A stretch of DNA of 64,000 nucleotides, from contig CM120646.1 of assembly GCA_051362555.1 (NCBI GenBank), forward strand, positions 5,828,001-5,892,000, written 5' to 3'. Positions 1 to 9,016 of the stretch are shown one piece after another. The stretch comes from Lingula anatina. Its lineage: Eukaryota; Animalia; Brachiopoda. A program made the translations under genes and the position numbers. The number at the start of each line of letters is the position of its first letter. Position 1 is the stretch's first letter. The notes below the pieces were generated by a model, which had not been told where the DNA came from, searched no databases, and worked only from the letters and a program-made list of their open reading frames with translations.

Positions 1-120
1 CAGAGCCTGGGCCAAATCCTGGACAAACTGGGTTCCAGGGACATCTATAGGTGAACAGTGCTGTAATCTGAGTGAAGTCTCCTTCACAACAGGTGCTACT
101 TCCGTGATAGTATTGGCCAT
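1..120 (-). CDS. Putative ORF3 of the retrotransposon (5' part only, runs off window)
   Basis: Just after the pol stop there is a strong acceptor ttttcattgttattacag|AT followed by ATG at 120 and 40 open codons (MANTITEVAPVVKETSLRLQHCSPIDVPGTQFVQDLAQAL) to the window edge. Confidence 0.5.
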   Translation of the reverse strand, partial: MANTITEVAPVVKETSLRLQHCSPIDVPGTQFVQDLAQAL

Positions 121-147
121 ATCTGTAATAACAATGAAAAATAATTA

Positions 148-3100
148 TTAGATTTGACATTTTACACACTTGTATTTATCAATGTTTATCGCTTCGGTAG
201 AAGTGACATTGACGCAGGATCCATGATACCATTCATGACAGTAATCACATTGAATCATGAATCTGCCCTGATAAGGCTCCCTGCAAATACAGTATGGTGT
301 CAAATCTTCTTCCTCACTGTTACTCGAGTGCTGAAATTGTTCATCAGAAGCTAAATATTCTGTAATCCATGAGGGTACATTTCTGTCCCTACAGGGCATG
401 AGCCTGTCATGGTTAATTACAAAGATTGCATTTTTTAGCTTCACTCGATACAGATAGCCAGATAATTTCTTTACAATGATGGCGGGTCTTTTCCATGGTG
501 AACACAATTTTCGTGATTTGCCTTTAGTTGTTGCTGTATCCAAAACATAAACCAAATCCTTTTCAGCATAAGGTCTAAGCAGGATTTTAAGGTCATAGTC
601 ACGTTTCATGCGTTTTGAAGTTGTTTTTAAATTGGCTCTTGCTGTAATATGAGCTAATTTCATTTTTTGTACTAACTTTGAAATGTATTCACCATAGTCA
701 GTTTCTTTTGATTTCAGATTTGGGAACATAATTTGGGCTGGAGTACTGACCTCCCTCCCAAGCATGAGCATATTAGGGGTATACCCCGTACTTCTGTTTA
801 CAGAAGCACGCAACGCGCCTGCAATTTGCTGGACATATTTATCCCATTCACCCTGATTTTTACCCAAAAAACACCGTACGGCATCCATCAGGGTACGATT
901 GAACCTTTCAACCTGTCCATTTGCAGACGGTCGGTACGGAGTAGTGCGTGATTTGTGTATATGTAAAGCCCTACACAAATCCCCGAACAATTGACTTTCA
1001 AAATTCCGTCCCTGATCAGAAAAAAGTTGATAGGGATAACCGAACCTAGAAAAGAAACAGTCAATTGCTGCTTTCGCGGTCACTTCGGCCGTTTGAGAAG
1101 GCAACGGCACGCACTCTACCCACTTTGTGAATTGATCAACCATGACCAAACAATGCTCATTACCTTTTGCTGTTTTAGGTAGCGGTCCCAAGAAATCAAT
1201 ATGAACCCGTTCCATCGGAGCACCTGCAACATATTCAGTCAGGGGGACTCTTCCGTAACACCCTTTTTTCTTATTTTTATTACAGATGTCACAACTCAGG
1301 ACATAATTGGCTATTTCTTTGCTCATATGGGGCCAGTAAAATTTTTCTTTGATTTTTGTTTTTGTTCTAGCCACTCCTTGGTGACCAGCTGAAGGGATAT
1401 CATGATGTAATTTGAAAACAGAATTTTTTAATGATTCTGGGATGACTAATTTTAGATCTTTGCTTTCCTCTTCAGTTTTGAAAATGACTCCATGATGTAA
1501 TTTGAATAATTCTTTATTCAGCCAGTAAGTTTTGGAGATTGGGCTTGATCGGAAGAGTGCACCCTGATCTGGGGTATTCCCTTTGTACAACCACTCTCGT
1601 AAAATGTTAAGCTCAGGGTCTTTTGCTTGTTCAGTTTTTAATTTTTCCATAGAAAAACCCCAACACTGAGGAATATCCGGGTTTGGATTTGACCTCGCCT
1701 CCGGACCACACGCATTTATTTCTACATGAGATTCCTCAGGTTGCAGAGCGACATCGGTAGAGAGGGCTACAATTTTTTCTAGGAGACAGTAGAAAAGATG
1801 TTCCGGACCCGTTTCTCGTCCCAGATTGACTGTATTTAATGAGGATGTCAGATCGCGTTGACTTTTTGTAGATTTACCAGTAAATTTGGATGACAATTTT
1901 TTCTTTTCTGTTAAATTGACCGCTTCGTCGACGTCACCGAAAAAACTCCCCCAGTTTTCATGGGCTCTAACGCAATAACTACATCCTCCGCAAGGTAAAT
2001 TTTCCGGCTTTATTCCCGCAATATATTCGTTACACGGTGCCAAATTGTCGGGTATTCGAGACAACGAATCAGCATTGCTATGCTTAGCTCCGGCACGATG
2101 TTGTACGATCATATTGAATTGCGAAAGCTCTTCTATCCACCTCGCGAGTTGACCTTGAGGCTCTTTAAACCTCAGTAACCACGTCAGACTTGAATGATCG
2201 GTGCGAACGGTAAATATTCGGCCCAAAAGATAATACCTGAATTGTCTGGTAAATCTCACGATAGCCAAAAGCTCTTTTCGCGTGGTGCAATAATTCTTTT
2301 GTTCGGGAGTTAACGCGTAGCTGCCGTACGCAATTACTTTCTCCTCGCCGTTTTGCACTTGTATTAACTCTGCACCAATCGAGTGATTTGAAGCGTCGGT
2401 ATCTAAAATAAACGGATCGTTTGCGTTTGGTAACGATAAGACTGGTGGTGTAGTCAATGCCGTTTTGAGCGCTTCGAAAGATTGAGCTTGATCTGGTCCC
2501 CATTCAAAGGCATGTTTACCTTTAATTTTGCTCAGAGGATGGGATATTTCCGCAAAATTTTTTATAAAAGTCCGGTGATAATTTGCCAATCCTAAGAACC
2601 TTTCAACGTCCTTAGAACAAGTGGGTTGTGGCCAAGAAGTTACAACTTCAATATCCTTAGGGCTCATTTTCATGGTGTTATTAGAAACAATCCGCCCCAG
2701 GAATTCAACTTCTTTTTGAAACAAAACGCACTTTTTTGGCTTTAATTTGATACCGAACTGGCGAAATCTTCCCAAAGCCTCTTTCAAATTTTCTAAATGA
2801 TTTTCAAAGGACTTCCCCATTACCAAAATGTCGTCCAAAAATGCCAAAACTGTTTTCCATGTCAACCCCTTCATAAGTAAATTGACTACTCGGGAGAAAG
2901 TCGCAGGAGCATTGGTCAAGCCGAAACCCATACGGACATGTTCGAATAATCCGTATTTCGTGATAAAAGCTGTTTTATGCCTATCTTCGGGTTTAATTTT
3001 GACTTGCCAATACGCAGAATTGGCATCTAACTTCGAAAACCAGATGTTTCCCGACAGAGTATCTTTGCAATCTTCCATTAATGGTAATGGATACGTGTCT

Positions 3101-3552
3101 TTGACCGTGACATTGTTCAAGGCGCGATAATCGATGCACCATCGGACGGAACCGTCACGTTTTCTAATTAAAACTGGTGCTGATGCCCACTCTGACGTAG
3201 ACTCTTGGATGACCCCGGCTTTTAACATTTTTGTTAATAATGCCTCCTCTTCTTGAATAAAACACGCGGGAGTTCGCCGCATACGCGTTTTAAGAGGTTT
3301 GGCATTCCCGGTATCGATACCATGCTCAATGGCACTAAACCGACCAAGGTCATACTCGTCTCTAGCAAAAACATCCTGAAATTCAGATAGAACATTCTTT
3401 AATTTTTCACTCTGAATTTTGTTTAAATTCCTCTTTGATGTTTCATAAACCACTTTTACATGGTTAGGAATTTCTGATGATTTGCTAGCGACGCGTCCAG
3501 AAGAATCTAGTCCGGCGTGAACGTCACCAGCGATTTGTTGAAAATTCCGCAC
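148..3552 (-). CDS. pol: Pol: reverse transcriptase, RNase H, integrase, C-terminal PHD finger
   Basis: RT motifs RWCIDYR, GLTNAPATF, FLDD; RNase H DTDAS; integrase HHCC, HIDFLGP, SDQG, NGQVER, GPY-like SPWKRP; PHD YCICREPY..MIQCDYCHEWYHGSC..C..C. The start is GTG. The frame stays open upstream to a TGA near 3658-3660. Confidence 0.96.
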   Translation of the reverse strand: MRNFQQIAGDVHAGLDSSGRVASKSSEIPNHVKVVYETSKRNLNKIQSEKLKNVLSEFQDVFARDEYDLGRFSAIEHGIDTGNAKPLKTRMRRTPACFIQEEEALLTKMLKAGVIQESTSEWASAPVLIRKRDGSVRWCIDYRALNNVTVKDTYPLPLMEDCKDTLSGNIWFSKLDANSAYWQVKIKPEDRHKTAFITKYGLFEHVRMGFGLTNAPATFSRVVNLLMKGLTWKTVLAFLDDILVMGKSFENHLENLKEALGRFRQFGIKLKPKKCVLFQKEVEFLGRIVSNNTMKMSPKDIEVVTSWPQPTCSKDVERFLGLANYHRTFIKNFAEISHPLSKIKGKHAFEWGPDQAQSFEALKTALTTPPVLSLPNANDPFILDTDASNHSIGAELIQVQNGEEKVIAYGSYALTPEQKNYCTTRKELLAIVRFTRQFRYYLLGRIFTVRTDHSSLTWLLRFKEPQGQLARWIEELSQFNMIVQHRAGAKHSNADSLSRIPDNLAPCNEYIAGIKPENLPCGGCSYCVRAHENWGSFFGDVDEAVNLTEKKKLSSKFTGKSTKSQRDLTSSLNTVNLGRETGPEHLFYCLLEKIVALSTDVALQPEESHVEINACGPEARSNPNPDIPQCWGFSMEKLKTEQAKDPELNILREWLYKGNTPDQGALFRSSPISKTYWLNKELFKLHHGVIFKTEEESKDLKLVIPESLKNSVFKLHHDIPSAGHQGVARTKTKIKEKFYWPHMSKEIANYVLSCDICNKNKKKGCYGRVPLTEYVAGAPMERVHIDFLGPLPKTAKGNEHCLVMVDQFTKWVECVPLPSQTAEVTAKAAIDCFFSRFGYPYQLFSDQGRNFESQLFGDLCRALHIHKSRTTPYRPSANGQVERFNRTLMDAVRCFLGKNQGEWDKYVQQIAGALRASVNRSTGYTPNMLMLGREVSTPAQIMFPNLKSKETDYGEYISKLVQKMKLAHITARANLKTTSKRMKRDYDLKILLRPYAEKDLVYVLDTATTKGKSRKLCSPWKRPAIIVKKLSGYLYRVKLKNAIFVINHDRLMPCRDRNVPSWITEYLASDEQFQHSSNSEEEDLTPYCICREPYQGRFMIQCDYCHEWYHGSCVNVTSTEAINIDKYKCVKCQI

Positions 3553-5786
3553 CTGAGGTGACCCCTTTACAGGTGACTTGAAAATTTCGGTGTTAATTTT
3601 TTCTTCAACGAACCCCTTTCCGGCAGATGGGGCACTTAAAGGATTTGCTTCATACCGTCAGAATGGCCTGAACGGAACATATTCTTCAGAAAACATGCCC
3701 AACTAACGATATCTTTATCCAAATACACAAATTAAAAGCTCATTTTGTAAATTTTTGGCTTTAAAAAACGTCCTTTTTGTTCGGCCTGGGAGTTAATGAG
3801 CTACGTGGTCACGTGGTCCGATGACGACAATCGAGCCACTGGAGAACAGAGCGTGCTTAGCTGTCAAACTGAGCTGCATTGTCTACCTGTAAGATGACTT
3901 CTCTGGCTTCTGATAAAAGTTAATACTCATTCAAATCTCTTACCCGAGGGATCTAAATCCTCATGAAGCTGTGTAAAACCATTCCCGTCTAGTCAATTCT
4001 TTAACGAGCATTTAATTATGGTTATCCCAAGTTGTATAAAACACTGCATTTGAATGAGTAAAGGGTACTGTGGATTATTGCATATGAGGGCCATGTTATT
4101 TGTGAAATTCAATTAATTTTATTAAACCGCTGACACTCCGTCTTGGATACTTTTCTTAAACTGAGGTAAACGATGCCCGTTACCTTTACAAGTCCCATCT
4201 TAATCATCCATCTAACTGGAACTTCCTTTACCTCTTAATTAGAGGGTTAAATGGCTGGCGATATTTATCTCAGGTAAAAATCTACCTGTGCTGTAGTTTC
4301 AAAGAGCAGCTCCCGCAGACCTGGGGGTACTAGATAAAATCTGAACACCGGGTTTATTGAGGAGCTAGAGAAACAAAGGAAGAATTTTTCCTGCACAGCT
4401 TCATAGGAATTTTAGCACGGACTTGATCCAGCTTAGACCTTCTAATTAACAGAGTGACATGGGCAATTTTCAAATACAAAATAAACAAATAATAAAACTA
4501 TATTTCAGTTAGCCTCCTCTTAAATAAATATACCGTTCTGGATAAATTAGAACATTTATTAAATCGACAGAAAATTTTTGACTTAAATGATGATTTTATT
4601 ATTAATGGAAATTAAGCTACTATATGGGGCACATTTGCTGAGATTACGCTGTTCTTGATGTTTTGCGTTAGTCTACATTTTGTTGTGCGTGCTTGGAATT
4701 TTTTAATTTTTTATACTCACGTATGTAAAACTGCACATTTAGTAAACATTCAAGTAATGATTTTTCCCATGCTACTTATAGCAAACAATGCTCTTTTACC
4801 TTGATCTGCTATATGTTTTTGGGTTTGACAAAGCATACAAATTTGCAAAAAGTTTTGTGTACAGACGCAGAACTTGTATTTCAAGGTATAAAATGATAAA
4901 TCTTTTAAATTATTTTATACTTCAGATGAAATAACATTCAGAAACAAATCCTCAAAGCATAAACGAATTAGGATTACGAACCATTTCAGTACATAAGTTC
5001 CTATTTTTTTCTTTAATATACCGCTCTTTTTTTCTGTTTGTTCTTCAACACGTTTTCTTCCACGGAAGTAATGCCTGGGCATACGCATGCTTCAAGTTAC
5101 CCTGAGAGCAATTATTTTTATTAATGTTCGCGACGGTGTTTGAACTCAATTGTTTAAATATTGATATTAAACGTCATTTACAAATACCAATAAAATCACC
5201 CCATGAAATAAATGAGATATTTTGAAAAATATGAAAGCCCACCAAGACGATTTTGATACCTCTTATTACCTGGGTTGGGAAGTGCAGCGGTGCATAATTA
5301 ACAGGTTTGTTGTAAACGAGCTTTTGGTCAACTACAATGCATTTAGAATGCATCAGCAATCAGTAAGTTTGCCAACTGATGACAGTTAATCTGAAAGACT
5401 ACCAGCTCTTGATATGATCTAAACCACCTGAGGTGACCATGATCTAGAGCATCGCAACTATTGTCACCGAAGTTAGTAAGTCACGGAAGACCGTCACAGA
5501 CAAAGAAAGATTGTCAACGAGAGCTGCAATTTTGGTGAATCCCACGGCAACACACCGAGGCATAACGAAAATTCCTCAACTCCGTTCAACACAACTTTCC
5601 TTAACTTCTCCGTCTGTATGTACCATGCAGCTCAGTTGAGTCTCATAGACCTTTATCGTGATTGTCGTCACAGTACCACGTGACCCAGATCTGTTGCTTC
5701 GTTTATGCATATTGAGGTGAGGTTTACTAAAACGCTTTTTTTCTATTAATAGATTGTTTTTATAATTTTTAAATGGCGGGGATCGA

Positions 5787-7127
5787 TTAAAACATACCTC
5801 TAGTGTATAGATTGAGTGCTGAATCTTCAAAATTCGAGAAATGGATTTTTACATGAAGATTGTCCTTTAAAGGGCCCTGAGTACTTCCACCCACCTTCAG
5901 AAGTTGTTTACTTTTTATGTCATTTTTAAATCGGGCACTTGTTTTAGGGATATTCTCAAATTTAGGGGAATTAACACCACAAACCCCAGTAGAATTTAAT
6001 CCCACAAGCTTTGTCATATTTGGGTGCACACCTGTTCTAGGGATTTTACTAGTTCTAGGAGTGTAAATTGAATGCTCCACTGGTAAATTGAATCCCACAA
6101 GTGTGTTTGTAGAATCCCTACCGGTTCTAGGGACGGCTGATTTTACAAGAGTAATTTCAGGTAATCCCACCAGTAGATCGGTAGTCATTGTCTCATCAGT
6201 GGTACTGACAACACGAGCGCTGGATTGGTCAATTTTAGGAGACCCCCCTCCCACTCGATGTAAACCGAAGTGCGAAACAGGGTTTTCTAAAATTTCCGAA
6301 ACTTCGCAAGCCGTAGCGACCACATGACCCTTTTTTAATTTTTTAAATTGATCTGATGGATTTAAGAGGCACACGACTGGTTTTGATTTTTCGGACAAGA
6401 CAGTTCTCGGTATTAGTAGTCCCTCTTCTTCTTTACCCTCGACGACGTATTTTTCTAACTTTTCGTCGATCTCGCACGTTATCCTTAGTGCTGAATTTGG
6501 GGGTACTACTACATTTCGTGAAACGCTAACCCGAGCTATTTTAATGTCTTGTGCACGCGACTCCGTTTGCTGCATAGGTATGTCGCGCCCTTCTATTTGG
6601 ATGTAACCCAAATTACAATGCACGCTCGCATTAAACTGGGCAATTAGATCGTGGCCTAACAAAAAATCGTCATGTATCGGCGCTACTAGAACAGATTCCT
6701 TGATTTTGAAACGATCTAGTTCGATGGAAATTGGCTCGCAAACACGAGTTTCGATTTGTGTATTCCCTGCCGCAAGAGTAAGACTGTAATATTTCTTGAG
6801 CGATGGTTTATTTTTTATTTGCTCGAATATTTTTTCAGCCATGACAGAAACTTGCGCACCGGTGTCAACTTTGGCCATTACATGTACACCCGCCACTACC
6901 AAAGGAACGAATGAAGATCGAAAAACCCCAAGTTCATCAATTACAGGATTTTGACCACATTCTAACTCGGAATGATGAGGACGATGCAATGTTTCCATTA
7001 CGGGGATAGTATTGTCAACGGTTCGTGTTTGAGACAATGAAGTCGCGATGGTTTCACCCGTTTTGTGACCGGTTTCAGTCGGGTTTCCAAGGTTACGGTC
7101 ATTTCCCTTGGACCCTTCTAGTTTAAA
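5787..7127 (-). CDS. Aspartic protease ORF plus post-protease beta domain and long linker, entered by -1 frameshift from gag
   Basis: AKVDTGAQVS and FLLGHD motifs. The frame is open from the TTTAAAC slippery site (7127-7121) through the annotated ORF 7037-5787. Confidence 0.9.
   Translation of the reverse strand, partial: FKLEGSKGNDRNLGNPTETGHKTGETIATSLSQTRTVDNTIPVMETLHRPHHSELECGQNPVIDELGVFRSSFVPLVVAGVHVMAKVDTGAQVSVMAEKIFEQIKNKPSLKKYYSLTLAAGNTQIETRVCEPISIELDRFKIKESVLVAPIHDDFLLGHDLIAQFNASVHCNLGYIQIEGRDIPMQQTESRAQDIKIARVSVSRNVVVPPNSALRITCEIDEKLEKYVVEGKEEEGLLIPRTVLSEKSKPVVCLLNPSDQFKKLKKGHVVATACEVSEILENPVSHFGLHRVGGGSPKIDQSSARVVSTTDETMTTDLLVGLPEITLVKSAVPRTGRDSTNTLVGFNLPVEHSIYTPRTSKIPRTGVHPNMTKLVGLNSTGVCGVNSPKFENIPKTSARFKNDIKSKQLLKVGGSTQGPLKDNLHVKIHFSNFEDSALNLYTRGMF
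7066..7127 (-). promoter_or_regulatory. -1 ribosomal frameshift signal (slippery heptamer plus H-type pseudoknot)
   Basis: T TTA AAC immediately before the gag TAG; downstream stem 1 TCCAAGG/CCTTGGA and stem 2 TGACCG/CGGTCA. Confidence 0.85.
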
Positions 7128-9016
7128 TGAGTTGGATTCGTTATATCAGCCCGTGCTTGTTGTTTTTCAGCATTTTTTCTTTGTAAGAATTTTTTATATT
7201 TTAGGCAATTTCGTTTAAAATGGCCCTTTCCTTTACAGAAAAAGCACACAGGTGTTGTTTTAGGTGTGAATTTCCGGACCAAGCGTTCAACCATAGATTC
7301 CAACTCTGTCATTGAATTAAACTGAATTGTATTCAGTTTAGGTGACTGGCTAACGCGTTTTTCCACGATGGATTCAACAAGTTGTTCTACATTTTCAGTT
7401 GGAAATTGCCGATTTTCATCAGCTGTTAGATTTAGAGAACTAATTTGCAATTCATCACGATTTTTTCGTGTTGGTTTTTGAATATGTGATGATTTGTAGA
7501 CTTGCTGATAATCCACCATGTAGGTCATTGCCTCGCTGATGCTTGCTGGATGTTTTAAACGAGTGTAACGCCCGGCATCCTGATCAATGCAGCCCTGACA
7601 AAATTTAGATATTGTTTCTTTTGTTCTAAAGGATTCTGATTCATCAGGATAAGCATCTTTGGCCAATAACAAAACACGGCACAGCCATTTATTCAAGGTT
7701 TCGTTGGGAGATTGAACTGCTGTATGAAATGCCAAACGAGCTGAATCGGGATGTTTTTTAATTCCGAATACTGAATCCATTTCACTCATTAAGGCTGAAT
7801 ACGTCATGTTTTTATTTGCTCTGAGATTGGTGTTATACAAAGCCAAAGCCTCGCCTTCCAGACTCCATAAAAGGTAATCTAGACACTCATTTTCCGACCA
7901 CTCTTTCACTTGGCGATAACTGTCAAATCTGTTTTTAAAAGACTCCCAGTTTTCACAATTTCCGTCAAAAGACAATTTTTTGGGTAAATCACTGGGGTCC
8001 CCTCTGTCCTTTTTATTTTTAGGACGTACTGTTTTTGGTACTCTAAAATATTCATTTTCACTTTCATCGCTTTCGGGAAGAAGTGGTTCGTCGCGGAAAA
8101 CGGGAGACGAAATTCTATGGCGCGTATGATGTTTTTCTATTGAACTCGGCCGGTAATCATGTTTACGTTCGACTGTATCAGCAACACTATGCTCAACGTT
8201 AAGTTGCCGCCGTCCGGGCGTAGGAACATGAATCTGTGGCAGATCATAATTCGAAACAACCCGATGGACAGACGGAGCTGGTCGCCGACTACTTTCCCTA
8301 CCAGTCGGTAAAGAAGTAACAGTCTCGGAATTTATGACACGGCCTGGAGGCTTTACATGCGCGGAAGAAGTTGTATGATCTTTGTTATCGACACGCAGCC
8401 TCTCAATAGGCAGAGCAAAAAGATCGTATTCAGGGTCTAAAGTGGCTGGCTGCGAAGTGAAAGTTCTGGGGTCCAAAGCTGAGTGAGAACGTAATTTTGT
8501 TTTTGGTTTGATAAATTGCTGCTCAGTTGTTGATTTTGAACGAGCTTTTAATTTTAAATATGTTGGTGGAGAATAAGTTGCAGCTTTTTGAATGATTTTA
8601 CTGCGTGTAATTTTTTCTTGTTGATTAATTTCCTCACCCACTTTGAGAATTCTTTCAAATTCTGCCCTATAGCTTTCAGCAGCCGCTCTTCCTTCATTAT
8701 GAATGTAGGAAGTCACTTTAGAAGTTTTCATTTTGGGTTTTTGACTTTTTTCGGTGGATAATATGCTAGAATCGAGGTCACCCACGTCGACTTCAGATTC
8801 GAATTCACTTCTGTGAGTACTGCCAAAAGAGAGATTTTCAATTACATTTGATCCAAGATTGGATCCACAAATCTCCAAAATGTTGGATCTGGTCACGGGG
8901 ATCCCATGTTCTCTAGCATATATTATCCTTTCTGCACGTTTAGGACCTATACCTGGCAGCGTAACGAGCTCATCGTAAGTAGCACGATTGACTGGCAACC
9001 TTGATGCACTCGCCAT
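7118..9016 (-). CDS. gag: Gag with N-terminal helix-hairpin-helix domain and C-terminal CCHC zinc knuckle
   Basis: VNRATYDELVTLPGIGPKRAERII (ComEA-like HhH); capsid-like FDG..WESF and Q..ETL motifs; CFFCKGKGHFKRNC. Confidence 0.92.
   Translation of the reverse strand: MASASRLPVNRATYDELVTLPGIGPKRAERIIYAREHGIPVTRSNILEICGSNLGSNVIENLSFGSTHRSEFESEVDVGDLDSSILSTEKSQKPKMKTSKVTSYIHNEGRAAAESYRAEFERILKVGEEINQQEKITRSKIIQKAATYSPPTYLKLKARSKSTTEQQFIKPKTKLRSHSALDPRTFTSQPATLDPEYDLFALPIERLRVDNKDHTTSSAHVKPPGRVINSETVTSLPTGRESSRRPAPSVHRVVSNYDLPQIHVPTPGRRQLNVEHSVADTVERKHDYRPSSIEKHHTRHRISSPVFRDEPLLPESDESENEYFRVPKTVRPKNKKDRGDPSDLPKKLSFDGNCENWESFKNRFDSYRQVKEWSENECLDYLLWSLEGEALALYNTNLRANKNMTYSALMSEMDSVFGIKKHPDSARLAFHTAVQSPNETLNKWLCRVLLLAKDAYPDESESFRTKETISKFCQGCIDQDAGRYTRLKHPASISEAMTYMVDYQQVYKSSHIQKPTRKNRDELQISSLNLTADENRQFPTENVEQLVESIVEKRVSQSPKLNTIQFNSMTELESMVERLVRKFTPKTTPVCFFCKGKGHFKRNCLKYKKFLQRKNAEKQQARADITNPTHLN

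Noticed and set aside
154-3130. Short ORFs antisense or out of frame to pol
   Set aside because: Shadow ORFs with no recognisable motifs.
3650-3900. Dicistrovirus-type IGR IRES upstream of the AUG-less pol
   Set aside because: Hairpins are present but I could not find the hallmark loops (CAGCC) or a PKI pseudoknot.
5365-5400. CTGATGA...GAAA in the retrotransposon spacer as a hammerhead ribozyme
   Set aside because: Stem II closes poorly and no compatible stems I and III could be drawn.
5625-5750. tRNA or SINE from the A-box-like CAGCTCAGTTG and downstream T-runs
   Set aside because: No convincing B box on this arm and no cloverleaf.
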